DNA from: Rhodosorus marinus CCMP1338
Taxonomy: Eukaryota > Plantae > Rhodophyta
Assembly (NCBI GenBank): GCA_029953675.1
Contig: JAMWBK010000005.1
Span: forward strand, 1,054,001-1,118,000
Reading direction: 5' to 3'
Length of the DNA: 64,000 nucleotides
Shown here: one piece after another, positions 10,666 to 22,874 of the stretch
Position numbering within the stretch: the first letter of the stretch is position 1
Layout of the letters: the number at the start of each line of letters is the position of its first letter
Made by a program: the position numbers and the translations under genes
The notes under the pieces: generated by a model
Told to the model about the DNA's origin: nothing
The model's database searches: none
What the model saw: the letters and a program-made list of their open reading frames with translations, nothing else

Positions 10666-12598
10666 CGTTTTTCTTTCGGCCTAGTAAACCAAAGACCAAA
10701 ACACAACTAACTTCCTTGTTAACTCAAAATCCCCCACCCCCCGCCCCGCCAACACCCCACCCCTCAAAAGCAAAGAAAGCTAACCAGATCCCCAGCCACC
10801 AGCCTCCTTCACCTCCCCCTCCCCCACCACGGACATTTCCATGGAAATGTCAACGGACTAAATACTCGATGGAAATGGTCAGTTTACAACTAGGACGCGT
10901 GTCCTTACTTAGCATGTCATTCACTGAGTGGTATAAACGCGATTCCTTTAAAACAATAAAATTCAACATATATGACATAAAATCAATACAATATAATATA
11001 TCTAAACCAATCTTTTTATCCTTTTTCAGTCCGATGTCCAATAAACGTCGAATTATCACGGCAACTATTGTAGAATAAAGCAGAAATTACAAAGATGGAA
11101 TCCCGCCGTATGGTTTGGTGAAGGCTCCGTTCAGCAAATGAGAACTTGTGAGAACCTCCCCTAACAGAACGCTAGAGGAGAAGACGCGTGCGTGATTATT
11201 ATTGGATTATGAAGGATCGGTTTGGACACGTGGAAATAGGAAGTGGATAATGTTATAGGGGAAATAGGAAAAGTACAGGTTGCGCTGGCCTGCGAGAGGA
11301 ATGGTGTCGTGTTTGGAAAGCGGGCGCGGAGACGGTGAGAGATTCATTTTTACAGTAAAACGATATATTTGTTTTCCATCTTTTTCGTGGTGGTGGATGT
11401 TCTCTTTTTCTTTCTCCGACAGGGTAAGGGGGAGTGGGAAGAGAAAGGAATTTGGGGTGGTTGCCCAGGGGGGGGGATTTGGGTTTGTGAAACCCTTAGA
11501 GATTTGCACCCCCCTTTACAGGAGAACAAAAAATTCGTTTACTTCGTAATTCTGGAGCTTTTAGGTATATATGTGAAAGAAATACAACTTGTATAAGTAG
11601 CTATAAACTTCCCCCATTTTGAGTTTTTGGCCGGTTTGACGGTTGATTATTAAGAACAAGTCATGACCAAAAAAAATAGTAAAAGGGGGGGGGGGGGTTA
11701 TGGTTGCATTTTATTTAGTGAGCCTTTTGGAGCTTCTTGACGGGGCAGCCTTAGCGCTTCAAATGTCGCCAGACAGTCAAGACCTTTAATTGATTGATTT
11801 TCCGAAAAGGCGTTTTGGGTTGGAATGTCATTTGGGTTGAAGGATAAAATGTGGAATGCCACGATAGCGTTTGGCTGGTGAGGAGGTTGGGGCAAGCATT
11901 GTCAGATGTTCTCGCTCTGGTACAGGACTAGAGCGCCCATGATTTGACTAGCAAAGTCAAAAGGTGCCTACTTTGCAAGGACGGGGAAGGCACGATATCG
12001 AGCCTTTTGTCACGTGCTCTCTGAACGTCGCGATCTGGGAACTGGAATGACCTGCTTTGCACGTGATCGCGAATGGTTGTGCGATCCCGGCGACGTTCAC
12101 GAGTGCTTGGGTCCAGCCAGACCTCCAAAACTAGCAATCACGTAGGCGGACGCTTCGAAACCAGCGAAGCCTTTCGAGTTTCAGGATTGCATCCTATTGT
12201 CCACAGCTGTGCTCCCAGACTGGCGAGGATTGAGACCGCCTGGGTATATGGAGATAAGCCTTCATTATTTCGCAGTCCAGTCCAGGAGCTAGAATCCGGC
12301 AAGCAGACACACACTGAACGGTTTGAAGCTTTGGAACTGGCGGGTGCCCGCATGAACTCGCGTCTGTGGATCATTGGTACTTAGTATCTCTTCTTGGCAA
12401 GATAAAAAGGCGTTCCCCAAGACGTTGAAGAGCCGAGAAAGTATCGAAGCAGGGTATCATTTTGTTCATTCACAGGTTAACTTATATAAGTGTCCAGATT
12501 CGAATTATTTGAACAGAAGTACATCTCTAGAAGTGAAATGCCCACCGGAGCCATGTTCTAATGTCATATGCGAAGAGCCAATGGCTTGAACATCGCTT

Positions 12599-13773
12599 TC
12601 AGCCATTGAAAAGCTGGTTCTTAATAGTAAGGCTCAAAAGTCCCCTTATCTGCTCATTCGACACTTTTTGCGCCTCAGCCATGACCTGCATCATGTCAGC
12701 TTCATTAGAACTGCTATTTGGGAGCAAGTATCCGATCGTCGCATCTCGACGGTCTCTCTCTATGTGCTTCATTCTCTTGCTCAAGTCGGTGATCTGTCTG
12801 GCCAGCTGAGCCCGATCTTCCAACAAAGGAGACGTGGAGAGCGTGCTCGCCCAGAAACGGTTCCAAACGGCCTCTAGTAATGACGCATCCAGCTTGGACT
12901 TGAAACATTTGATTTCGAGCTTGTAGTACTTGGAATGATGATGCCCGTACTCAGCTATCTTCTCCAACGGAATAACCTGGTGGGAGCTCAGCATTTCCTG
13001 CCTCGGCTGATAGTCCTGTGAGTTAGGAACAAGAGTGACTCAATAACCAGACCCAGAAAAGCGAAAACGGCGAGTTCCAATCTCCGCTGGAACTTTTGTG
13101 AGCTCACTTTCTTGTACGTCCGGAACGCTCCAATATCTACCTTGCCGGAAGACATGGTTCGGATCGGATCAACGACAATAGCCACCCAGGGATCTGAATA
13201 GTCTTGATGTTGCCTCTGGGTATTCACATCAATCCCGCTGAGCCAGCAACCATAGTCGGGGTGGGAATGGTACCAACCTATGGAGTTTTCCTTCCTGTTC
13301 ACCTCCTGACCAGAGCACTGATAGTTGACTCGAAATTCTTCACCGTTGTCGAGAGCCTCCACGCGTACTTCCGTCCCTTCAACAGGAAGCGGAAACGAGT
13401 CCATAACGATGAACGAGTGGGGTTCGAACTTTCCCATCAGCGAACCCATGACCTCAAACCTTCCGCCTGACTTGGCATGCATAACCATCTTGATCAGTGC
13501 CAGAGCAGACACATGCACATACTTGAAATAATTAGGGTCCTTCTTCCAAGGCTGCTTCCTCCTCATGGCCTCCAGCGCTTCGTTGTCGTACTCGAACCAT
13601 TCGTGAGAAGTGTCAACCTTGTTGGCAGTCTCCCAATTCTGTAATGCCCGCTTCGCGTCCATCTCTGAGAAAAACAAACCAAAAACGGACAAAATCCTGA
13701 AAGAGCGGAAAAGCGTCGATGAGTAATGTTGTCTAACTCTCCAGAAGTCTAAACCTTCTCCGCCCCATGCCAT
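12599..13773 (-). CDS. CSN5: COP9 signalosome subunit 5 (JAMM/MPN+ deneddylase)
   Basis: ALIKMVMHAKSGG-FEVMG, PVEGTE, GWYHSHPDYGCWLSGIDV, VDPIRTMSSGKVDIGAFRTY. One clear intron near 13.0-13.1 kb and a probable short first exon (MAWGGE). Confidence 0.9.
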
Positions 13774-14778
13774 CCCCTTGCTAGGCCATTGCGAATTGAG
13801 GGCCAGTACGGTGCTTATTGGTGTGTTTGAGGTAGAGAAAGAGACCAGAAAGCTTCTATTCCAGTCTAAAGATGAAGGAAACGTGCTGATTTCCATACAA
13901 ATCGAACCTTAATCTATCGACAAAGGTTGTGAAGCTACGCTTTTGAAGAGGTTCAAGGTTCATCATGAGCCCCACTCAAAAAAAAAATATCTGTTTGTCC
14001 CCGCAGCTCTCCGTCTACAAGATGGTGCAGCCGAGTGTGATCAAGCCTATCTCCTCTAAGCAGGTTTGCTAATGCTGCCAGAGCAGCTCATTTTGGACGC
14101 AATTTTTGCAGAGGATCTCCCAGCGGGCTCTGTTGTGGTTTGACACGAAAACAAAAAGCCTCAAGAGTCTCTTTCAAACAGGAAGACCAAAAGTCAAACT
14201 ATTGCGAACCAGCCATACTCCCGGGAAAAGACCAAGCAAACATCTTTCAATTCTTCTAGATCTCAAAGGTCGTGAAAACCTGTCTCAAAGGCTAACCCAA
14301 ACCAGTCATCGACTGCGCGACTGTGCCTCCGCTAGATCCATCGACCTTCAAAGCCTTCTTCCCTAGTCTCCCTCGATCACTGATCCTCGATAAGTCCTCA
14401 ACAGACTTACAATAGGCTCAAAATTTCTAAACTTAGATATTGCAACTGAATTAATGAAAATTATTAGACAAATAGTCTTTGATCTGAAACCAATTTATCT
14501 AGTTCTGGGTGCTGAGGATTCCTCTTAGACTAAAAGGAAAATCTCTGGTACTAGTGCCTAATGTTACACTGAATTCTTGATTTCTGAGAGTTTTTATTTG
14601 TCCATGATCAACATGCAGCTTCTTCGTTTTCGGATAGTTAGTTCAGTACTAAAGCATGTTGGCATGGATGGTCGGGGGGGCAACCCTGCAAAGTGGAGTG
14701 TATGTGGAGCAAGGTGACTATGTTTGTTAGACTTGAATGACTTGGTAACGTCCTCTTTGTATTTGTATCCATTGAAAG

Positions 14779-15903
14779 ATGCAGTTTTCGTTTAACCTCT
14801 CGAAAGAAAAAGAGGATGGGTCGGGTTCTAGTAGACGAAGAATGTCCCTGCTGCCCTCCGAGCAAACCGAAAGAAGGCTACCGTTCTTCATGAAGGAGAT
14901 GGGTTTCGGCACGGACAGAGGTGAAAGCGCAAGAGTAGAGTCTAGAGGGAAAGAAGAATTCGGAAATTCTCCCTCAATAGGATACAAGAGGAAGAGCCAA
15001 CATTGTTCTGGGCTTGCTCACAACCGGTACTCCCCACTTCGATCAATTGTATTTCGGCTCAAGAAAATCGCCTAACAGTCCTGTTTCTTGGTTGAGTACG
15101 AATAGACAAGATGCAAAGGTCCAGTCTTGCGTGGAGAACTCGGCGAGCACATCGCCGTCGGGCATATCTGATGACACTGGACGTGCTCAGGAAGATCTGT
15201 TGAGTCCACCCTTCCCTAGCTCTCATAAAGCCCTCATACGCATGATGCACGTCATTTGCTGATTTCACACTTCACTCAGGTCACGAGAAAGGAAAAGCCT
15301 ACCAATAGGGCTGGGGAGAAGCAGCGAATTGCGGAAAAGTCTGTCCCCAGTGGAATTCAAGGACCCTAACGATCTCAACCTACCCATGAGGAACTCTCTA
15401 AAAGCAACACCGCGAAGCATAGAGAGGCCTTTCATGACGTCTGTTCAGCCCCCTGGCAACCCCGCACTGCCATTGAGAATCCATACTCCAAGGTCCAAGC
15501 GCTTGCTTCAGCCGGGCTCTCAACAAGCCCCTCCACCAGCTATTACCACTGGCTCGGCAACGCATAGTCGGAACGGCCACCCAGACCTCGAAAATCAAAT
15601 GAGCAAAGTTCAGGGCCTGATAGTAAGAGCCAAAACCGGAGCTGAAGCGATGCATAAACTTCAGCGTCAGCACGAGGTTGACCAGGTAGCCTTGAAAGAG
15701 CTCGAAGGTATGCTGAAGAGCTCCCGATCACGATTACGCAGTTCGGGATCCACCTGGCTAAATTTGATTGAGTATCGTGCTTAAGAAAACATCCTCATGG
15801 CCAAGAATCGAGCTCTCGCTCTTGCATCACCGTCCCGAGTATCGCGGCTGGTCGCGAAGAGTACGAGCTTAGTAAGGACAGTGGCAGAGCTACTCGAAGA
15901 ATG
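14779..15903 (+). CDS. Hypothetical multi-exon protein with C-terminal coiled coil
   Basis: Ser/Pro-rich ORFs followed by heptad-like LENQMSKVQGL...EVDQVALKELEGMLK and a probable last exon ENILMAKNRALAL...AELLEE-stop. Boundaries uncertain. Confidence 0.4.
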
Positions 15904-16283
15904 AGGATCAATAACTGTGGATCACAAAGTTCAGCTTGGAGGAGCACATCATTCAGATATTAAGTAGTTTTTATCTGAACTCCTTAAATTTAAATCGGAA
16001 GCGCACTGAACATTTTGACAGCTCTGCCGCAGCACTCGAGTCAGCTCATCCTAGGCGGGGTCCACAGCGGGATTCCCTGCAGAGCTTCATAAGAGCAAAC
16101 CGTCAAGCTGGCTCCATCACGGACAGACCTCGATTGATTAAGGGTCAAAAGAAATCCGTTCGATTGCACAAGCAACATCCCTCTTGATCAGCTGTACACA
16201 GAGGAATTCCGAGCCGGCCTGCTGCTGACACCACTTGCTCAAAAGTCACAGTCCAATTCACAAGTATCTGCTCTCACTCAGCT

Positions 16284-18506
16284 TCATCCTTGAACCAGCT
16301 TTGCATTTGCCTGCGCACTTTCAACTTTTTTCATCAAGTCAACGAGCTCGTGGTCCGCAAAGTTGACCAAGAAGTGCGGCAGCAGGTGCTCTTCTTCCTT
16401 TTCGACATGTTCCGTGTCCAAAGCAGTGAAGCGGTATACTTGGAGGAACAGCTCTGTGGCCTTTGCCTCGTTCAAAGTACTAATCAAATCGTGAAGTTGG
16501 GTGAGTCGTCCGCTCTGTTTATAATGGTCAACAGAGTACGCCTCAGCAACTCCGGGCTTGCGTTTCACGAGCTCCGGGAACAGAATAGCATCCGCAATGC
16601 GACAATGCATGGCAAGCGCTTCAGCCAAATTGTAGTACGTAGACTCAAGCACCTGAATCTGCAATCAAAGATACAGTATCAAAAGAGTTAGTCCTAGCAG
16701 CACCAGCAAGGTTCACGAGGCAACTTCACATATGGCAACGTAAGCTCACATTTTCCTCTGTACATTCGCTAACCAAAACCGACGACGCTTCGGAGAAATC
16801 GTTCCGAAGTTGCCGAATATCCGAGCTCAGGCCAACAAAGAAGTCCGCAAACTGACTTTTAACAGCTGAGTCCGCAGTTCCCACGTCCGCTCCCGGTACA
16901 AACGGTTGGATGTCCTGCTTTTCCGCCCGCAAAACATTATCGACCAAGTTGCTGCCCTGTCCACGGCTTTGATCGTTGATCATGCCTCCGTATCCATTTC
17001 GCGGATCCTCCATTCGGAGACTGTCATTTCGGTCTGTCGACCGGTCAGGTTTCGCCTTCGCGGCAAATTCTAATGAGTACAGCTTAATATACAACTCTTG
17101 AAGATCTCCCACATCGTCTGTAGGAATGAACCTTGGAGGAAGCATGCTCGGGTCTTGAATGAATCCTAAGATGTTACTCCGCACGCAACTCAGATGCTCT
17201 GAAATCCATCTTCGCAAAAGAACGTGGAAAGGAGAAACAATCGATCGTTAGCCTATGCTTAGAGAGCGACTTCTTGCTGTGCTCACGAAAGCCTACCTGG
17301 TTGCTTCCGGGGGCCGAGTGTAATCCTGTCGAATGGAAATATGCCAGGCGGCCAGAAAAGTTCCATCATAGCTTCCAATAGGCCCGTTCTTTCTCACATA
17401 GCAGGAGAGACAATTCGGGGTTCGGCACTGCGGAGGGAAGCCACAAGCGCACAGAAAACTCCGAAGCGTAAACTCTCCGCTATCAGGATAGTGCTCTCCG
17501 TCTCGAAGAATCACAACAACGTTGCTGAAACGGACTGCCAACAAAGCAGGATGCCTTGATTTGAACCTAATATTAGGAGCTTGGAAGTATCTCATAAGCC
17601 CTGCCCACGAATTATCAATTGGCTCCTCAACGGTACGGCCGTGATGATCTGAAATCTTCTTCACAAAAACCCTCGTAAATAGCTCCGGTGAGAAAGGGGA
17701 GTGAATTGAAACCTCCGACGCACTTCCCGCTGATTCTGACTTTTTTCTCTTCTTATCTGCATCCTTTCGCGAGTAAACTGAAAAGGCGCTCGAAATGAGC
17801 GACGCTAACACGTATTGATTACCAAGCGAATCTCTTTCTACAATGGAGACCAAGAAGTGGAACCTCTTCCCTCCGTGCGTGTTGCTCGTGCCTACAATTA
17901 CGTAACGGAGCGGAGTGAGAAATCTCTTGCCTTTTTGGAGTGATTCTTGCTTCTGTGCTTACCCATTAGCCTTAGTCTAGAAAACCGGCATTCGCTATCT
18001 ACTATGTGCGACACCGCATATTTTTGATCCCTCTCGGGTACAATGAGACCGACGTCTTCCAACTCGTTCGAATTGCTGGCAATACACACGATCGAGAACC
18101 GTACTTCCAAGTTCTGCCTCCCTTCCTTGTCGTTCACTCGCACGCATACTTCTGGAAGGCGCCATGTCTTGTGCCACCTCCATTCTTGTTTCTCAGCATC
18201 CCACGACAGAGGCTTGTCCAAAGACACAGATACATTCAAACTGCCTGGCCACTCGCTGGGAAGCGTAAGCCTACTGTCATTCGCAAAGCCGCGCACAACT
18301 GACGCTCTGCATCGCTCCCAGGAGAAGTCATGTTTGCGATCGTCAGCAACCACGACGTTATCAGCTTCCCAGGGTAAGTCTTGAGGATCCTGGGCAAATT
18401 TGAGCTCCGCCTTCGCCGGCCCGCCGAAATCCAGCTCACCTCCCCCCTCGCGGATCCCGGACCCGACTGAATCAAACCCTCTGTAGCCTTTCGTTAATCC
18501 ATCCAT
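16284..18506 (-). CDS. Putative transcription factor: Ig-fold (p53/CudA/NDT80-like) DNA-binding domain + Cys cluster + C-terminal hemerythrin (HHE) domain
   Basis: Four ORFs join in frame through three phase-compatible GT-AG introns, giving FSRLRLMGTSNTHGGKRFHFLVSIVE...SAFSVYSRK followed by an NLS-like KKRKK. The C-terminus HCRIADAILFPEL...YSVDH...EHVEKEEEHLLP follows the HHE pattern. Confidence 0.8.
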
Positions 18507-20744
18507 GGGCTCAGCAGTATTAATTAACCAAACCAAACTACGTAGAGACAATCGACCCTCTGTACGCCAAAAAACCCCAAACCGATTCACGACCACGGTA
18601 CTGACAGCGATAACCTCCAACTTGCTCCCATCCTTTGCTGACCCTCTGCTCCACCTTCACACAAAAGTACACTATCCGTTCCAGACAACCCCAGAACGCC
18701 AACCCCCTTCCAAAAAAACCAACCGTCCACGTCCTGACCCACTCCTCAACTCTTCCTCCCAGTTCCCAAGGACAAGCCCGTGCAACAGCTCCTCACAAAC
18801 AAGTAGTCAAACCTAAATCCGCTTTCAAAAGCAAAAACACCCGAAAAAAGAATTTTCTTCTTTTGGTCCACGCTCCCTTCTCTGCTACCCTGCCACCTGT
18901 GAACAATGACCACCTCCCCCCCCCTCCTGAACGACGGTCAATGTCCCTCCCTCCTAACCAATGACCAATCTTACCCGTCCCCCTTCCCCCCCCCTTGCTT
19001 CTGAACGATACCCAATCTCCCGAATCTTGAACCCTCAAATCTTCACCTCCAATACACTCAACTCGCAAAGCCCCTCAACCCCGCCCTCTCCTCATCCTCC
19101 CAACCTCGTAAAACTCATGAAGGTCCCCAACTTAAAAAGCCTCATCTTTCGCCAAAAGCTTAAAAAAAAAAAACTTACCTCGTCCTTATCAAAATCAACA
19201 ACCAAACAGCAAAAGCGAATCCACATGCGAGCCACCGTACTTCCGACCATCATCCCCTCTTCCAATCTCCAAATTTCTCGATATTATAATAAAACAGAAA
19301 AATAAAACAGTATTTGTTATTCCCGGAAATCTTACATTCCCTCCCCCTTCGTGTCATTCGTTAATATTTCCCTCGTAAAAACTGAAAAACGTAAGAAGGA
19401 GCGCTCGAAACTGTCATACATCCAGAAAAGTGACAACGCCATCCCCCCCAAAAAGAGTTAAAAAGGGGATTTCGTTTCCCATCAGCACCGAGTTGATAGA
19501 TAAAGCTCCGTTTTATAGTTATTTTTATAGTAATAAAAACAGTCCTTGGGATTCTTTTTTTTGGATTAGATTCATGGCTTGTGGCGAGATAGAAGGGGGG
19601 GGGGAGGGCGTGGAGATGTGTACAATAGAAATTGAAACTGGAGAGTCAGTCATTTTTAATATATGATTGGATTTTCTGGTGCTTTTCTTTTCTTTCATAG
19701 GTGAGTTTTCTAAAATAGATTGATAAAGAGAATTCCGCATGAATCAATGGTCGAATGAGATTTGTATTACGGATAAAATATTAAGTAGTTCCGGAAACAT
19801 GTATAAAAAAGTAACGAATTTTATGAGCGAGCAGGGGGGTTTGCAATTCGCGAGTTCACATCCATTTGGGCGGCGCTTCCCCCCTCTCCCCCCCAATCCC
19901 GATGAGTTTCTGAAGATTATTTGCCCCTAGTACTCACTCCTCCCCTCCCTTCCCCTTTTCCTTTCACACTACTCATGGCCGGGTTTCGTTGGAAAAATAA
20001 TAATAAAATCTAATTTTGGAGGGGATGGATATCCTGTTCTGGTGCTTCGTACTTTTTCGTACTCCTTTTTTTTTTTGTAGGGTTGGAATGGTTCTCGCCC
20101 CTCCCCCCCCAAACAAGTGAATAATAATCAATTTTTTCCAGAAAGGATCTGGGTCCAGGGTTGTGTAGAATAATAGTACGTTCGTAGGTACTTCTCTTTT
20201 TTAATCAAAAGTTGAATCCACATTTCGAACATGCATTTTGGTAATGTTAGGGACTAATTTGTACTATACACACACTATGTACTAATATGTGTGGGTGTGT
20301 ACGAAGGAGCATATTGAGCGTTGAGTATCGTGGGTCGAGGGGTACGAGATCAGAGCTCCGACCCGCATGCTCAAGGTGCTTGGAGTACTGAACAAGAATT
20401 TGAACGGCGTGGTTTGCGATACACACCGTGGGTTCACCTCGAAATACATCAATCAAAGGTATTCCAGTAGCACGAACGAAGGGTAGTACGAAGCTATAGT
20501 TGGATCGCCCGAAGTACATAGTAAGCGGGTCGCGGTGATCAGCCCTTCGCGGCTACCCCCTACCTCTATCAGCACCGCCTCATCGCCAGTTTTGAGGTTG
20601 CTAGTGCTGCATTTTTAGGATGCTTTTGAGAAAAGGAAGACGTCTGGGCGAGCACGAAGACGTTGCTAATGTCAGCCGGAAACTTCCATTCCTGGAGCGC
20701 TCGGTATTAGGTGAACAGAGCAGCCGATCGGTGTTACCACTTCC

Positions 20745-21837
20745 TTAGATCTTTTTACTTTCGAGCAGAGATCTGATTTTAGTTTTCAAGAGGTCGGAGT
20801 CCTCGCTCTCATCGGATAGCCTTCCAGATATTATGCCTGGCGTTTTCGCTTTCAAGTCTTCCTCAATAAAATGCATATGCTTGAAATTCAGCAACGACTC
20901 TATCGCCGCGTATCGCAACGTCCAATCCTCGCAGTCAACCAGCAGTTGTAGTGTGGCATATGCATCGTTGGCGTCCTCCTTGTCGTCGTAGTTCAGGCTG
21001 GCCAGGACGCCACATGCAGTCCTACGGCATCTCGGAATTAAATGATCTACAGCACAATCCTTCATGATGAGAAAGACGCTCGGGTCGGCGAAATAGCCCA
21101 AAAGTCTCAAGCCTTCTCCCTGAGCGGAGTAGTTCAATCCTTTCAAAAGCTGGTGGGAACAAACAAGGCGGAGCCAGCTGAGATGAGTACTGAAATCATT
21201 TCGAAGAAGGTTTATCGGAATGCAACCACGGGCCACGGCTCTAGGTTTCCAAGGGCTTGCAAACTCTTACACTGAGAATTGGAGAGATAAGACTGGCGTC
21301 CATGACCTCCTCCAGCGCCCGAGATGCCGCGTTCACGTGGTGCATAGCTGGCAAGGTCAGGCAATCCACAAGAACTACCTTGAGCTCCTCGTAGTCGGCT
21401 CTATGCGCGAGCACCTCGTCAACAGCCCGCTCATATTCCTCAATCGTGCCGGCACCGTCCTTAATCGTGTGAACACTGTTCTGCAAAGAAATCGGAAGGT
21501 TGGACACGTCCACTAACCCGATTCAACAAGACACCAGTTCAGTCCTAGGAAACCTCAACGAGGGAGCGATCTGTATCGGCCCGAGCTTTTGCGACTCAAC
21601 AAAGCAGTAGAGGTCGTAAAGCCGAGGAACAGCCCCTGAGTGTGACAACGTACCCTCATACTTTAGACCTCCAAAACGAGCTGTCCAGCTCCTAGCACCA
21701 GAAAACTTTACGCTTGGTTTTTTGGTGCACAATCGCGAAGGCCCCGGGAACCTCCCCAGGGAACACCCGCTGGCTGAAAAACCAAATCCCAACCAGTTTC
21801 TCGACCCATCTGCCCAAACTGAGTCTAAGCTGTTCAT
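20745..21837 (-). CDS. cpcF: CpcF-like E/F-type phycobiliprotein lyase subunit (HEAT repeats), plastid-targeted, 2 introns
   Basis: Spliced product contains LLKGLNYSAQGEGLRLLGYFADP, RCRRTACGVL and CEDWTLRYAAIESL, which parallel CpcF NYGARAY-IRALA-I-DP, VRRAAAKGL and W--RYAA. Ser/Gly/Arg-rich N-terminal extension. Start could be 21912. Confidence 0.7.
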
Positions 21838-21975
21838 CTGAAGGTACTCTAAGTATTTTCCTCGTGGCACTTCGTGTCTGTGCCGTCCGCCCTGCTCAAT
21901 CTCCCCCACCATGTCAGTTCCGATCTCGATCTCCTCGTCCCCCTACAAGGCCCAACGTCCTGCGACGATTGGGGG

Positions 21976-22397
21976 ATGCAGAACGAGGAACGAGTTTCGG
22001 GTTTTTACCGGTACTTCTCTGCAAAATTTGCTAACCGTGAGCCAGCAGCGCGACCTTGAAAGCTGTAGGAGGAGGCAAAAGCTGTGCGCTTCGTCATCCT
22101 GTTCTCTTCAGGATGCGAGTAACCGTAGATGACGATGCTGCTTTAAGAATAGAGGAATGTGCGAGGCAAGCACGCGAATGGATTGAACAGGACAATAGAG
22201 AGCCGGGATCTCCTCTCTATTATTCGCAAATTCGGGTCCTAGAGTCCGATTTGGGCCTTGGTCTGAGTGAACCGAGGCGCCTCTTCCGCCTGGGGGCAAG
22301 GGCTACCACGCAAAGGCAAGGAATCCAAACCCGACAATACGCCAGTGGTCCCGACTGTCGCTCCGTAGTTCTGCGGAGCGACAGTGAACTATCATAA
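21976..22397 (+). CDS. Hypothetical protein, head-to-head with the lyase gene
   Basis: MQNEERVSGFYR joins through an intron with a GCTAAC branch point to a 113-aa open frame (ALRIEECARQAREWIEQD...). Confidence 0.3.
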
Positions 22398-22874
22398 AAA
22401 AAAAGGATTGAACAAGACCAGAATAGCGTTTTCAGGACCAAAAGGATCAATTTTTAGCTCCCAAAGTTGTAACCTCGGTTTCGGATAAGAAAGTTATAAA
22501 TCTAGAAATTTACGGTTATGGACAGCTGTCCAGCAGCGATCGTCAAAAAAAGGAAGAATCTAGAGCCAGAATCTCCTTGTTTTGAACCAAGATGTGAAAA
22601 AAATTCAAAAAAGTCTGTTATTATGGTCAATGCAACGGGTCAGAAAATGCTAAGATATAGACTCTGTTGACCCTCCATTTTGTTTTCTATTTAACAAGCC
22701 CGGGTCTGTCTCAATGGCTGGTGGGGTTGGGGGAGGCCGGGAGGAGTGTTGGCAGGAAGGGTTGAAGCTGTATGCGGTTAGGGGTTTGAAAGGATTCTTG
22801 AAGGACTCAGTATTAGATTTGAAAAGTCGCGAATTTTGCTTTCCGTTCTCGAGTTTTCTTTGTGATCAGTCGCG

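Noticed and set aside
11698-12400. Short ORFs downstream of CSN5
   Set aside because: No consistent spliced model or homology could be built.
18505-19305. Pro/Ser-rich ORFs in C-rich tracts (also 10716-11078, 43741-44064, 44589-45080)
   Set aside because: Artefacts of low-complexity G/C-skewed promoter and intron DNA.
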